A stretch of DNA of 64,000 nucleotides from Eubacteriales bacterium (GCA_035449045.1 DAOTKC010000001.1:72145-136144), one strand, 5' to 3'. Counted from the stretch's first letter, positions 9,118 through 19,483 are shown. Program-made: numbers and translations. The notes: generated by a model from the sequence alone, not told the origin.

Positions 9118-10644
9118 TTAGTGTTTGAAATGCCGGCAGGAAGTAAAAATCATGGCGATGCCGCTATTGTCGCATTCCTCGATGCTGAGGCTATCGCGGA
9201 CGGAGCCGCCCGGCTGAATGATTGCCGAAATGCCATATTTCGCCGCTTCTTGGACGCAGTCGTTGAAGGGGAAGAAAGCGTCGCTCGCCAGCACGGCGCC
9301 CTTGGCGTCCTTGGAGCGCGACAGCGCCTCGGATGCTGCCCAAATGCGGTTGGTCTGACCGGTTCCGATGCCCAGCGTCATATTGCCTTTGGCGACGACT
9401 ATGGCGTTGCTCTTGCAGTGCTTGACGACTTTCATGGCAAACAGCATATCGGCGATTTCGGCCTCGGTCGGCGAATTTTTTGTCACCACCTTCATTTCGG
9501 CGACGTCTTTCTGGTCGGCGTCTTGGATAATCAGCCCGCCGTAGCACTTTTTAAAGTCGACGATGGGCGGATTGGGCTTGGCGATGTCGGGCTCTGCCAA
9601 AACGCGGAGATTGGGCTTTTTCTTTAAGATTTCAAGCGCCTCTTCGGTGAATGAGGGCGCTATCACAATCTCCAAAAAGATTTTTACGAGCTCGGCGGCG
9701 GTGTCGGCGCCTATCTCGCGGTTGGCGGCGACGATGCCGCCGTATATCGAAACGGGATCGCAGTCGTAAGCCTTTTTATAAGCCTCCAAAATGCTTTCGG
9801 CTACCGCGACGCCGCAGGGGTTGGCGTGTTTTACCGCGACGACGGCGGGCCCCTCGAACTCCTTCAAAAGCTCGATGGCGCCGTTGGCGTCGTTGATGTT
9901 GTTGTAAGAGAGCTGCTTGCCGTTCAGTTGCTTGGCCGATATCAGCGAATTATGAGCGGGAATGGCCTCGCCGTAGAGCGCGCCGCGCTGGTGGGGATTT
10001 TCGCCGTAGCGGAGCTCCTCCACCTTCTCATAGGCAAGCGTCAGCTGCTCGGGGAAAGCTATGCCGAGTTTTTCTCTTAAGTAATTCGAGATAAGCGAAT
10101 CGTAGACGGCGGTATGGGCGAAAACCTTATACATAAGATATTTTTTGGTTTCGAGCGATACTCCGCCGTTTTCGAGTTCGCTTAGCGCCTTGTCATAATC
10201 CTTGGCATCGACCAAAACGACGACGTCCTTATAGTTCTTGGCGGCGGCGCGGATCATGGCCGGCCCGCCGATGTCGATGTTCTCGACGGCGTCGGCGAAG
10301 TCGACGCCCTCTTTCATGACGGTCTTTTTGAAAGGATAGAGGTTGACGATAAGCACGTCGATGGTGTCAATGCCAAGCTCGGCAAGCCTTTCCATGTGCT
10401 CGGGCTTGTCCCTCTCGGCGAGAAGTCCGGCGTGAATTTTGGGATGGAGCGTCTTGACTCTGCCGTCCAGACACTCGGGAAAACCCGTTATATCGGAAAC
10501 GTTGATGACGGTTAAGCCAGCGTCCTTAAGCGCCTTTTCGGTGCCGCCCGTGGAGATGATTTCATAGCCCAGCGCGGAAAGGCGTTTGGCAGCGTCGACG
10601 ACGCCGGTTTTGTCGGAAACGGAAATTAACGCTCTCTTCTTCAT
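9118..10644 (-). CDS. purH: bifunctional AICAR transformylase / IMP cyclohydrolase
   Basis: [13 protein letters not shown] is an MGS-like N-terminus. The ATG at 10644 overlaps the purN TGA (ATGA junction). The track ORF starts 6 nt earlier at a TTG. Confidence 0.94.
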   Translation of the reverse strand: MKKRALISVSDKTGVVDAAKRLSALGYEIISTGGTEKALKDAGLTVINVSDITGFPECLDGRVKTLHPKIHAGLLAERDKPEHMERLAELGIDTIDVLIVNLYPFKKTVMKEGVDFADAVENIDIGGPAMIRAAAKNYKDVVVLVDAKDYDKALSELENGGVSLETKKYLMYKVFAHTAVYDSLISNYLREKLGIAFPEQLTLAYEKVEELRYGENPHQRGALYGEAIPAHNSLISAKQLNGKQLSYNNINDANGAIELLKEFEGPAVVAVKHANPCGVAVAESILEAYKKAYDCDPVSIYGGIVAANREIGADTAAELVKIFLEIVIAPSFTEEALEILKKKPNLRVLAEPDIAKPNPPIVDFKKCYGGLIIQDADQKDVAEMKVVTKNSPTEAEIADMLFAMKVVKHCKSNAIVVAKGNMTLGIGTGQTNRIWAASEALSRSKDAKGAVLASDAFFPFNDCVQEAAKYGISAIIQPGGSVRDSLSIEECDNSGIAMIFTSCRHFKH

Positions 10645-11255
10645 TTGCAAACCTCACTTTTACTTGGTAAGTCAGCTTCGACAAGCTGCTTTACTGTTTC
10701 TCTTAAAATGCGGTGCTCGACCTCGAGCACTCTTGCCGCAAGCGTCTCGGCGGTGTCGGAGGGGTAGACCGGCACTCTCTCCTGCCTTATGATTTTGCCG
10801 GTGTCGGCGCCTTCGTCGACAAAGTGGACGGTAGCGCCCGACTCCTTTTCGCCGGCCGCAACAACCGCCTCGTGAACCTTGAGGCCGTAAAAGCCCATGC
10901 CGCAGTATTTGGGAATGAGGGAGGGGTGGATGTTGATTATCCGGCCCCGAAACGCTTCGATAATGTTGGGTGTCAATATGGTGAGATAGCCGGCGAGCAC
11001 CACCAAATCGACGTTCCGCTCTTTCAAAATGGCAATAATCTCGTCATACATGGCGTCGAGCGAAGAAAAGTCGCGCTTCCGCATGACAAAGCAGGGAATG
11101 TTATGGATTTTGGCGCGCTCGACGGCGAAAATTTTGGAGGAGCTGGCAATAACCGCGGCCATCTCGGCCTTGATTTCGCCCGAGTTCACGCCGTCAATCA
11201 AGCTTTGAAGATTGCTGCCGCCGCCCGAAACGAAGACGGCTATCCGCTTTAACAA
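10641..11255 (-). CDS. purN: phosphoribosylglycinamide formyltransferase
   Basis: [13 protein letters not shown] motif, 204 aa. It has a TTG start with a GGAGG 9 nt upstream and overlaps the purM stop. Confidence 0.92.
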   Translation of the reverse strand: MLKRIAVFVSGGGSNLQSLIDGVNSGEIKAEMAAVIASSSKIFAVERAKIHNIPCFVMRKRDFSSLDAMYDEIIAILKERNVDLVVLAGYLTILTPNIIEAFRGRIINIHPSLIPKYCGMGFYGLKVHEAVVAAGEKESGATVHFVDEGADTGKIIRQERVPVYPSDTAETLAARVLEVEHRILRETVKQLVEADLPSKSEVCK

Positions 11256-12268
11256 AGCTCGACACCTCCGCCTTTTACAACCTCGCCCAAACGGCAGGCC
11301 TTTTCGCCCAAAGAATTTGCAAAGCCGATGACCTCGTCCGCTAACCCGGCGTCGACGGCTAGCACCATTCCTATGCCCATGTTGAAGGTATTGTAGAGCT
11401 TGGTCTCTTCGATGCCCGAGCGCGCGGCAAGAACCTCGAAAATTCTCGGCAGCTTGTAGCTGTTTTTATAAATTTTTATGCCTAGGCCGTCGGGGATGAT
11501 GCGGGGAATGTTTTCAATAAAACCGCCGCCCGTGATATGGGCGATTCCTTTAATTTGATATTTTTCGATAATCGCAAGAACGGATTTGACGTAAATTCTG
11601 GTGGGAGTGAGAAGAATGTCGGCGGGAACGGCGCCCAGCTCGGCGTCGAATCTTTCTAGCTCTTCCTTTATCGGGGGAAACAGCTTGCGAACGAGCGAAT
11701 AGCCGTTGCTGTGGATGCCGGAGGAGGCAAGGCCGATGAGAACGTCACCCGCTGCTATGCCGCTTCCGTTAATAATTTTGTTTCTTTTGGCTATTCCGCA
11801 GGAAAACCCCGCTATATCGTAGTCGCCGCCCTGATAAAAGCCGGGCATTTCGGCGGTTTCGCCGCCGATTAAGGCGCAACCCGCCATGCGGCAACCCGCC
11901 GCCACGCCCTTGACTATTTCGGCCGTCTTTTCGGGAATGAGCTTGCCCGAGGCTATGTAGTCGAGGAAGATGAGGGGGCGCGCGCCCTGACAGACGATGT
12001 CGTTGACGCACATTGCGACGCAGTCGATGCCGATGGTATCGTGGCGGTCGAGCGCGAAGGCGTATTTGAGTTTGGTGCCGACGCCGTCGGTGCCTGCCAC
12101 TAAGACGTCGCCGTCCGCGGTATCGGAGAGTGCATAGAAGCCGCCGAACGAGCCTATATCCCCCACCACGTTTTTATCGTAGGTGGATTTGACGTATTCC
12201 TTCATCAGACGGACGGCGCTGTAACCCGCTTCGATGTCGACGCCGGCGTCCTTATAATCAATAGCCAT
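11249..12268 (-). CDS. purM: phosphoribosylformylglycinamidine cyclo-ligase (AIR synthetase)
   Basis: 339 aa with YKDAGVDIEAG at the N-terminus. Confidence 0.94.
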   Translation of the reverse strand: MAIDYKDAGVDIEAGYSAVRLMKEYVKSTYDKNVVGDIGSFGGFYALSDTADGDVLVAGTDGVGTKLKYAFALDRHDTIGIDCVAMCVNDIVCQGARPLIFLDYIASGKLIPEKTAEIVKGVAAGCRMAGCALIGGETAEMPGFYQGGDYDIAGFSCGIAKRNKIINGSGIAAGDVLIGLASSGIHSNGYSLVRKLFPPIKEELERFDAELGAVPADILLTPTRIYVKSVLAIIEKYQIKGIAHITGGGFIENIPRIIPDGLGIKIYKNSYKLPRIFEVLAARSGIEETKLYNTFNMGIGMVLAVDAGLADEVIGFANSLGEKACRLGEVVKGGGVELC

Positions 12269-12270
12269 AA

Positions 12271-13692
12271 TTACTCCAAAACCTCTTTACCGGGATTGTA
12301 TTCGTCGATGTCGAACGAATATTTGTTGTTGAAGCAGCCGGTGCAGTAGCCGCCGCCGCCGCAGGAGGCGACAAGGTCCTCGAGCGGGATATAGTGGAGG
12401 CTGTCGGCGCCTATTAGCTCGCAGATTTCCTCGGGCTCGCGGTAGCCCGCGATAAGCTGGTCCTTGGTCGTCATGTCGACGCCGAAGAAGCAGGGGAAGC
12501 GGACGGGCGGGCTCGCCACCACCATGTGAACCTCGGCGGCGCCGTTGTTTCTGAGAAGCGTGATGATTTTCTTGCTGGTTGTGCCGCGAACGATGGAATC
12601 GTCGATTAAAATCAGCCGCTTGCCCTTGATGTTGGTTCTGAAGGCGTTGAGCTTTATCCTGACGCTGCTTTCGCGTTGGGACTGGACGGGCTGAATGAAG
12701 GTGCGGCCGACGTAGCGGTTTTTGCTGAGCGCGTCGACATAGGGAATGCCGCTCGCCTCGGAATATCCGCGCGCGCAGACGACGGCGGAGTCGGGGACGC
12801 CCGCCACGATGTCGGCGTCGATTTTATAAAGGTTTGCAAGCCTTTTGCCGCACTCGTAGCGCGCGTTGTAGACACTGACGCCGTCTAAAACGGAGTCGCT
12901 TCGGGCGAGGTAGACAAGCTCGAATATACATGGGCTGTGAATGGGCCGGGCAAAGCTGCCGCTCTCAATTCTTCCTTCGGAGTCGATGCGGATAATCTCG
13001 CCGGGGAGAACGTCCCTTATAAGCGTGGCGTCGATGGCGTCAAGCGCGGCGCTCTCGCTCGCAAATATGATTTTGCCGTCCTTTTCGCCCATAACCAAAG
13101 GTTTGAGGCCGTGGCGGTCGCGGACGGCGATAAGCTCGCTTCCCGTCAAAACGACGAGCGCATAGGCGCCCAAAATGCTCTTGCAGGCGTTGTAGACGCC
13201 CTTCATGACGCTCTCGGTGCTGCATTCGTTGATGAGCGCCGCCACCACTTCGGAGTCGGTCGAGGACTGGAAGATGTGGCCGTTCGCTATCATTCTCTGT
13301 TTGATGTCGGCGACGTTGATGATATTGCCGTTGTGCGCCACCGCCATCCGCCCGTGCCTGCCGTAGAACACCACGGGCTGGGCGTTGACGACGTTGCTGG
13401 TGCCCGTCGTCGAATATCTGACGTGGCCGATGCCGAAGTTGGTCTCGGGCAGAAGGGAAAGCTCCTCGTCGGAGAATACCTCGTGAACCAATCCCATGTT
13501 TTTATAGTAGGCAACCTTTTTTTCGTTGTAGGCGACGGCTATTCCCGCGCTCTCCTGCCCGCGGTGCTGGAGGGCGAAAAGTCCGTAGTAAATATCGCGC
13601 GCAAGGTCGGTCTTGGTCTTGGACATGATGCCGATTATTCCGCATTCCTCGTGCACGCCCATCTCGCGTTCGGGTAAAATTAGATGACTCAT
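12271..13692 (-). CDS. purF: amidophosphoribosyltransferase
   Basis: A short propeptide is followed by CGIIGI (Ntn catalytic Cys), a PRTase motif and C-terminal Cys residues. Confidence 0.94.
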   Translation of the reverse strand: MSHLILPEREMGVHEECGIIGIMSKTKTDLARDIYYGLFALQHRGQESAGIAVAYNEKKVAYYKNMGLVHEVFSDEELSLLPETNFGIGHVRYSTTGTSNVVNAQPVVFYGRHGRMAVAHNGNIINVADIKQRMIANGHIFQSSTDSEVVAALINECSTESVMKGVYNACKSILGAYALVVLTGSELIAVRDRHGLKPLVMGEKDGKIIFASESAALDAIDATLIRDVLPGEIIRIDSEGRIESGSFARPIHSPCIFELVYLARSDSVLDGVSVYNARYECGKRLANLYKIDADIVAGVPDSAVVCARGYSEASGIPYVDALSKNRYVGRTFIQPVQSQRESSVRIKLNAFRTNIKGKRLILIDDSIVRGTTSKKIITLLRNNGAAEVHMVVASPPVRFPCFFGVDMTTKDQLIAGYREPEEICELIGADSLHYIPLEDLVASCGGGGYCTGCFNNKYSFDIDEYNPGKEVLE

Positions 13693-13732
13693 GTTGGCTC
13701 CCTGTATTTGGCGGGGAATTCCCCGTTTTTTC

Positions 13733-14443
13733 TTATGCGATTTTGAAAAGCCGCGCCATTACTTCGCGATAGGCCTCCTCCACTCCGCCGAGGTCGCGGC
13801 GGAAGCGGTCCTTGTCGAGCTTTTCGCGGGTGGCCATATCCCAAAAGCGGCAGGTGTCCGGCGATATTTCGTCGGCTAAAATGATGTCGCCCTTATAGCG
13901 GCCGAACTCAAGTTTGAAGTCGATGAGGTCGATGCCGGCGCCCTTTAAATATTCCCTCAAAACCTCGTTGATTTTAAAGCTCATCGAGGTGATTTTTTCG
14001 ATTTCTTCTTTAGTCGCGAACTCCATGGCGAGGGCGTGATACTCGTTTATCATGGGATCGCCGAGCTCGTCGTTTTTATAGCAGAACTCGAGGACGGTCG
14101 ACTTCATGACGGTGCCCTCGGGCACACCCAGCCTTTTGGCGAGCGAGCCTGCCGCTATGTTTCTCACGATGACCTCGATGGGCACTATCCGGACGCGCCG
14201 AACATAGGTATCGGTGGGCGAAACCTCCTCAAGGTAATGCGTCTTTATGCCGCGGCTTTCCAAAAGCTTGAACATCTGGTTGCTTATGCGGTTGTTTATG
14301 ACACCCTTGCCCGCGATTTGGCCCTTTTTCAAGCCGTTGAAGGCCGTCGCGTCGTCTTTATAGGAGACCAGCACGACGTCGGGATCGTCGGTAGCGAACA
14401 CTTTCTTTGCTTTGCCCTCGTAAATTTGGTTTAAGGCTTTCAT
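13733..14443 (-). CDS. purC: SAICAR synthase
   Basis: 236 aa with YEGKAKKV at the N-terminus, typical of PurC. Confidence 0.94.
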   Translation of the reverse strand: MKALNQIYEGKAKKVFATDDPDVVLVSYKDDATAFNGLKKGQIAGKGVINNRISNQMFKLLESRGIKTHYLEEVSPTDTYVRRVRIVPIEVIVRNIAAGSLAKRLGVPEGTVMKSTVLEFCYKNDELGDPMINEYHALAMEFATKEEIEKITSMSFKINEVLREYLKGAGIDLIDFKLEFGRYKGDIILADEISPDTCRFWDMATREKLDKDRFRRDLGGVEEAYREVMARLFKIA

Positions 14444-14492
14444 ACGTAATCTCCTTTTCGGTAATACCGTTAATTTTTTAACTATAAACGCT

Positions 14493-14996
14493 TTAGGCCT
14501 TTTTTGCCTCGGAATTCAGCTCGGCGGAAACCTCGGCGTCGTCTAAGAGTATTTTTTTCTTCATTTCGGCGCGGTAGGCGATAAGCTTTTCTTTAAGAGC
14601 GGGCTCACCGAGCGCGAGAATTCGGACAGCCAAAAGCGCGGCGTTCTCGCCGCCGTTTACGGCAACGGTCGCCACCGGAATGCCGGCAGGCATCTGAACG
14701 GTGGAAAGAAGGCTGTCAAGCCCCTCGAAGGAGCCCTTGGCGGGAATGCCGATGACGGGAAGGGGAGTGAGGCTCGCGATGACGCCGGCAAGATGCGCCG
14801 CTTTGCCGGCGCAAGCGATGACGACGCCGAAAGAGTCCTCGGCCGATTTGGCGAACTCGGCCGCCTCTTCGGGGGTGCGGTGTGCCGAAAGCACGCGGCC
14901 TTCGTAGGGCACGCCGAACTTGTCCAAAACCTCGGCGGCGCGCTTCAGTATCTCGATATCACTCTTGCTTCCCATGACTAAGGCGACTTTTTTCAT
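14493..14996 (-). CDS. purE: 5-(carboxyamino)imidazole ribonucleotide mutase (PurE)
   Basis: [16 protein letters not shown] and [10 protein letters not shown] motifs. I chose the start at ATG 14996, which has GGAGG 5 nt upstream. The longer track ORF runs into a terminator T-tract. Confidence 0.92.
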   Translation of the reverse strand: MKKVALVMGSKSDIEILKRAAEVLDKFGVPYEGRVLSAHRTPEEAAEFAKSAEDSFGVVIACAGKAAHLAGVIASLTPLPVIGIPAKGSFEGLDSLLSTVQMPAGIPVATVAVNGGENAALLAVRILALGEPALKEKLIAYRAEMKKKILLDDAEVSAELNSEAKKA

Positions 14997-15012
14997 ATTG
15001 CCTCCAAAAAAC

Positions 15013-15037
15013 AAAAAAGCGCAGGAGTAGCCCGCGC
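15013..15037 (-). terminator. intrinsic terminator-like hairpin inside the pur leader
   Basis: Minus strand reads GCGCGGG-CTACT-CCTGCGC (7 bp including one G-U) followed by TTTTTT. It ends about 10 nt before the purE SD. Confidence 0.6.
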
Positions 15038-15042
15038 CTTTC

Positions 15043-15129
15043 TCAGTAAGCTTTAGTAACCGAATCCGCGCAAAAACCCACAGCAGAGATTAAAAAGATT
15101 AGCTTTTCTACCTTATTCTTTTTCATCAT
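15043..15129 (-). CDS. hypothetical 28-aa leader/small peptide MMKKNKVEKLIFLISAVGFCADSVTKAY
   Basis: ATG-ATG start with GGGAGAGG immediately upstream. The peptide has a basic N-terminus followed by a hydrophobic stretch. It lies between the pur promoter and the leader terminator. There is no homology evidence. Confidence 0.3.
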   Translation of the reverse strand: MMKKNKVEKLIFLISAVGFCADSVTKAY

Positions 15130-15154
15130 CCTCTCCCGGCGCGAATACACCGCT

Positions 15155-15183
15155 ATTCTAACAAAAATATTTATTTTTGGCAA
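15155..15183 (-). promoter_or_regulatory. candidate sigma-A promoter of the pur operon
   Basis: Minus strand reads TTGCCA, a 17-nt spacer, then TAGAAT, with TG two bases upstream of the -10 (extended -10). Confidence 0.55.
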
Positions 15184-15325
15184 TTAAAAACGCCCTTATT
15201 TAACCCTTCGAAAAAATATTGACTTGCCCCGAAAAATTAGCCGCGTTTGCCTTGCGTCCCCAAAAAATTAAAATCGAACCGAGAAGTTAAAAAAAATTAA
15301 GCGTTAGGGATAATTGAACCACAAA

Positions 15326-15350
15326 AGAAAAAAGGCCGCGCAAGGCGGCC
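15326..15350 (-). terminator. intrinsic terminator after folD
   Basis: Minus strand reads GGCCGC-CTTGC-GCGGCC followed by TTTTTTCTTTT, 25 nt after the folD stop. Confidence 0.75.
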
Positions 15351-15374
15351 AAATAATACTAGATTTTTATTTGC

Positions 15375-16223
15375 TTATCTTAAACCCGCTTTTTTCTCGG
15401 CGCTCAACACCGTCTGCGTCATCAGCATGGCTATGGTGCAGGGGCCGACTCCGCCGGGAACGGGCGTATATGCCGAGCTCTTAGCGGCGGCAGCTTTAAG
15501 GTCGACGTCGCCGACGTTGCCTTCGTTGTAGCCGGCGTCGACGATGACGGCGCCCTCTTTAATCCAATCCGCTTTGACAAACTCGGGCTTGCCCACGGCA
15601 GCCACTACTATATCGGCGCGGCGGACGATTTCGGCAAGGTTTTTAGTTCTGGAATGGCAGATGGTGACGGTGGCGTTTTTGTTTAAAAGGAGCATGGCGA
15701 CGGGCTTGCCGAGTATGGCGCTTCTTCCGATTACCACCGCTTCCTTGCCTTCTATTTCGATGCCGTAACGCTCCAAAATCTTTATAATTCCGAGCGGCGT
15801 CGCCGAGACGTAGGCGTCAAGCCCCATCGCCATCCGCCCGAATCCCGCGGTGTTGACGCCGTCGACGTCCTTTTCGAGCGCGATAACGTTCATGCACCGC
15901 TGCTCGTCTATGCCCCGCGGCACGGGATGCTGAAGCAAAATTCCGCACACCTTGGGGTCGGCGTTGAGCTCGTTTATGACGGCGAGAAGCTCATCAGTCG
16001 TGGTATCCTCGCCGAGCGCGATTTTTTTAGGCTCCAGACCGATTCTTCGGCAGGCGTTGCATTTCATTTTGACGTAGGTCTCCGACGCAGGATTGTTGCC
16101 CACGATGATGGTGGCGAGCACGGGGACTTCGCCCGTTCTCTCCACGATTTGTTTAACTCTTTCCGCAAGCTCGGCTTCAATTTCTCTGGCAAGCTTTTTT
16201 CCGTCAAGTATTAAAGGCTCCAT
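15375..16223 (-). CDS. folD: bifunctional methylenetetrahydrofolate dehydrogenase / methenyl-THF cyclohydrolase
   Basis: 282 aa with the YVKMK motif, GRSAILGKP and PVPGGVGP. Confidence 0.94.
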   Translation of the reverse strand: MEPLILDGKKLAREIEAELAERVKQIVERTGEVPVLATIIVGNNPASETYVKMKCNACRRIGLEPKKIALGEDTTTDELLAVINELNADPKVCGILLQHPVPRGIDEQRCMNVIALEKDVDGVNTAGFGRMAMGLDAYVSATPLGIIKILERYGIEIEGKEAVVIGRSAILGKPVAMLLLNKNATVTICHSRTKNLAEIVRRADIVVAAVGKPEFVKADWIKEGAVIVDAGYNEGNVGDVDLKAAAAKSSAYTPVPGGVGPCTIAMLMTQTVLSAEKKAGLR

Positions 16224-16242
16224 TGTTTCTCCTTTATGCGTT

Positions 16243-17595
16243 TTATCTTAATATGCGGTCGATTAATTCCTGAAACAGCTCGGGGGCGACGAGGCCCAAA
16301 ATAAGGTTGGCTTTTCCCAGACTTAAATTGTTTTTATCGGCGTAGCGGACGAGCTCCGACGCTTTGTCGTAGCCGATATGGGGCGCCAGCGCCGTCGCCA
16401 GCATCAAGCTCTTTTCGACGTTCTCGCGCATTTTTTTTGCGTTCGGGACAAGCCCCGAGAAACAGTTTTTATCAAAGCTTTTTACGCCGTCGGCAAGAAG
16501 TTTGATGGATTCCATAACCTTGAATGCTATGACGGGCATGCAGACGTTGAGCTGAAAGTTCCCCTGCGACGCCGCGAACGCCACCGTGGCGTCGTTGCCC
16601 AAAATCTCGGCGGCCACCATCATCAGCGCCTCGCTCTGCGTCGGGTTGACCTTGCCCGGCATAATAGAGCTTCCCGCCTCGTTTGCGGGAATGGTTATTT
16701 CGCCTATGCCGCCTCGCGGGCCCGAGGCAAGCCAGCGCACGTCGTTTGCTATCTTGAACAAGCTCGCCGCTATCGTCTTTAAGACGCCGTGGAAATTCGA
16801 AACCGCGTCCTTCATCGACAGCGCGCGGAATTTGTTCTCATCCTCGACAAAGCCGCCCGAAGTCATCAGGTTGAGCTCGTGAACCGCCGCCTTGCCGAAG
16901 CCTTGCGGCGCGTTGATGCCGTTGCCGACCGCCGTTCCGCCGAGCGCAAGTTTCCTTAAATACTTCAAAGCGTCGTTCAGCATTTGAATACCGCTCTCCA
17001 CCGCGGCGCGCCAGGCCGACACTTCTTCCGAAAACTTAATGGGCGTGGCGTCCTGAAGGTGCGTCCTGCCCAGCTTGACTATGCCCGCGCTCTTTTCCTC
17101 TATCGACTTCGCCGTTTCCGCCAAGCCCTTTAATGCGGGAATAAGCGTCCGTTCGCACTCCAAAACGGCCGCAATATGGATGGCGGAGGGAAATACGTCG
17201 TTAGTGCTCTGCGACATGTTGACGTCGTCGTTGGGGTGGAGCTTGCACTTGCCTTCGGCAAGCCGCGCTATGACCTCGTTGACGTTCATGTTGGTTTGGG
17301 TGCCGCTGCCCGTCTGCCAAACCACCAGCGGGAACTCCGCCTTTAAGTCTGAGGACAAAATCTCGCCCGCCGATGCCACTATGGCGGTGCACTTGTCGGG
17401 CGGGAGCTTGCCCGCCTTGCAGTTGACGACCGCCGCGGCCGACTTAATGAGCGCGATGGCGCGGATTATTTCCATCGGAATCCGCTGGCCGCCTATCGAA
17501 AAATTGCGGCGGCTGCGCTCCGTCTGAATGCCCCAAAGCCTGCCCTCGGGTATTTCGACCGCTCCGAAAGAATCCTTTTCAATCCTTCTTCCCAT
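16243..17595 (-). CDS. fumC: class II fumarate hydratase
   Basis: The GSSIMPGKVNPTQSEA signature has the TQxEA variant typical of fumarase rather than aspartase. 450 aa. Confidence 0.85.
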   Translation of the reverse strand: MGRRIEKDSFGAVEIPEGRLWGIQTERSRRNFSIGGQRIPMEIIRAIALIKSAAAVVNCKAGKLPPDKCTAIVASAGEILSSDLKAEFPLVVWQTGSGTQTNMNVNEVIARLAEGKCKLHPNDDVNMSQSTNDVFPSAIHIAAVLECERTLIPALKGLAETAKSIEEKSAGIVKLGRTHLQDATPIKFSEEVSAWRAAVESGIQMLNDALKYLRKLALGGTAVGNGINAPQGFGKAAVHELNLMTSGGFVEDENKFRALSMKDAVSNFHGVLKTIAASLFKIANDVRWLASGPRGGIGEITIPANEAGSSIMPGKVNPTQSEALMMVAAEILGNDATVAFAASQGNFQLNVCMPVIAFKVMESIKLLADGVKSFDKNCFSGLVPNAKKMRENVEKSLMLATALAPHIGYDKASELVRYADKNNLSLGKANLILGLVAPELFQELIDRILR

Positions 17596-17729
17596 TCTTT
17601 TTATCTACCTCCGCTAAGCTGGATATATACCCTTAATGTAGCGCCGAAAAAAGCTTTTTTCCTTTTTCAAGCTTTTGCTTAATGCCCCGAAGTAATTTTC
17701 CCCAATCCTTCTCTTTTCCGATTAAATAA

Positions 17730-18548
17730 CTAATCTTTTCTCAGCGCGCTTTCCAGTTTTATAAAATCGGAAAGCTTGAGCGCTTCGCCTCTGACGCTTT
17801 CGGCAAGTCCCGCCGCCTTGATTGCCGCCGCCGCTTTATCTTTTTGATAGCCCGCCGCGGCAAGGTTGTTTAGAAGCGTCTTTCTCCGCATCGAAAACGC
17901 GGCGCGGATAAGTTTTTTAACTTGGGCGGCGTTCTCGATTCCGGTTTGGGATTTGGTTATTCTCACTACCGCCGAATCGACGCCGGGCTCGGGATAAAAC
18001 ACCTTCCTCGGCACTATCCGCATAATCTGGGCGTCGCCGTAGAGGGCGGCAGCCAAAGTCAGAGCGCCGTATTCCGGCGTGCCCGCCTTTGCCGTCAGCC
18101 GTTCGGCGACTTCCTTTTGAACCATGACGGTTATGCTCTTTACCTCAAGCCGGCTCTCGATAAAGCGCATCAAAACCTCGGACGTAATGTAGTAAGGCAG
18201 GTTGGCGCAAACCTTAAACTCGCCGCCGGCAAGGCCATTAAGTTTTCCGTCCGAGAGCTTTAAGACGTCCTCGAAAACCACTTCGACGTTTTTATACTCG
18301 GCAAGCGTTTCCGAAAGAACGGGCTCTAACGAGCGGTCGATTTCAAACGCCACCACGCGCTTGGCCGCTTTTGAAAGCGCGCGCGTCAGCGTCCCCGCTC
18401 CCGCGCCGATTTCAAGCACGGTGTCACCGCCCTCAACCCCCGCGTCGTGAGCTATTGCGTCAAGAAGGTTTTTGTCGGCGATAAAATTTTGGCCCAGAGC
18501 TTTTTTGAACCTGAATTGATGTCTTCTTAAAATTTCGCTAAGCTCCAT
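17730..18548 (-). CDS. rsmA: 16S rRNA (adenine1518/1519-N6)-dimethyltransferase
   Basis: 272 aa with KKALGQNFI and the SAM motif VLEIGAGAGTLT. Confidence 0.93.
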   Translation of the reverse strand: MELSEILRRHQFRFKKALGQNFIADKNLLDAIAHDAGVEGGDTVLEIGAGAGTLTRALSKAAKRVVAFEIDRSLEPVLSETLAEYKNVEVVFEDVLKLSDGKLNGLAGGEFKVCANLPYYITSEVLMRFIESRLEVKSITVMVQKEVAERLTAKAGTPEYGALTLAAALYGDAQIMRIVPRKVFYPEPGVDSAVVRITKSQTGIENAAQVKKLIRAAFSMRRKTLLNNLAAAGYQKDKAAAAIKAAGLAESVRGEALKLSDFIKLESALRKD

Positions 18549-18688
18549 GCCTGACCTTTATATATCGGTAGAATATTACCATTTTTTGGATGCGTCCGAA
18601 CGAATATTTGAGGCTATCGGGCACATTCTATCATTGTGCAGTTCTCCCCGAAATTGGGTAGCGCCGCACAAAGATAAAGAGCCGTCTC

Positions 18689-19483
18689 TTACATCAGGGC
18701 CGGCTCTTTTATCGCGCCCGAGGCAAAAAACGCCAGCGCGTTTTTGTTGGTTTGAGCGGCGAGCGCGTCAATACTTACGTTTAAAATTTCGGCGGCCTTT
18801 TCGGCTACGATGTTCAAGTGTTTAGGGTAATTTACTTTACCGCGGTAGGGAACGGGCGTCATATAAGGGCAGTCCGTCTCCAGCATAAAGGCGTCAAGGG
18901 GCAGCGATTTCAGCGCCTCCACGTTGTGCTTGGCGTTGGCAAAAGTTATCGCGCCGCCGAAAGAAAACTTGCAACCGAGCTTCAAAAACTCGCGGGCAAG
19001 CTCGGCGCCGCCGCCGTAGCAGTGAAGAAGCGCGCCGTATTTTAGGAACTGCTTATTGTTTTTGAGTATGTCGAGCGCTTCGCCGTAGGCGTCGCGGATA
19101 TGGAGAACGACGGGAAGATGCAGCGCGTCGGCAAGCTCGAGCTGCTCCAAAAACACCTTTTTTTGCGTCTCGCGCGGCGAGTAGTCGTAGAAAAAATCCA
19201 GCCCGATTTCGCCAATCGCCACCACTTTCTCGGAGAGCGCCAGCTCGGCGTAGCGGTCATAGGCGGCAAGCGAGGCGGTTATCGCCTCGTGAGGATGTGT
19301 CCCCACCGTAGCGAAGACGGCGTCGTTGCCTTCGGCTATCTCCACGCTCTTAATCGACGATTCGAGGTCGTAGCTAGCGTTGATTATCGCCCAAAGGTTG
19401 TCCGCCGCAAGCCCGCCGATGATTTTATCAAGCTCGGGCAGCAGCCGCTCGTCGTTTAAATGGCAGTGGGTGTCAATGAGCAT
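18689..19483 (-). CDS. tatD: TatD-family metal-dependent hydrolase/DNase
   Basis: MLIDTHCHLND at the N-terminus, 264 aa. It follows metG as in the Bacillus metS-yabD arrangement. Confidence 0.9.
   Translation of the reverse strand: MLIDTHCHLNDERLLPELDKIIGGLAADNLWAIINASYDLESSIKSVEIAEGNDAVFATVGTHPHEAITASLAAYDRYAELALSEKVVAIGEIGLDFFYDYSPRETQKKVFLEQLELADALHLPVVLHIRDAYGEALDILKNNKQFLKYGALLHCYGGGAELAREFLKLGCKFSFGGAITFANAKHNVEALKSLPLDAFMLETDCPYMTPVPYRGKVNYPKHLNIVAEKAAEILNVSIDALAAQTNKNALAFFASGAIKEPALM

Noticed and set aside
15270-15286. PurBox-like half-site AAAATCGAACCGAGAAG upstream of the pur promoter.
   Set aside because: Only the CGAAC core matches the Bacillus PurR box (AWWWCCGAACWWT). No inverted partner lies at the expected 16-17-nt spacing, and the site is more than 85 nt upstream of the -35 box.
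15015-15374. I expected a guanine/adenine, ZTP or PRPP riboswitch upstream of purE.
   Set aside because: I could not find the conserved cores on either strand (for example UAUA..UUUCUACC..CCGUAAA for purine, or GGGUCGUGACUGGCG / CCGCCUGGGC for ZTP). Only a partial TTTCTACC on the wrong strand is present. This should still be confirmed with Infernal.
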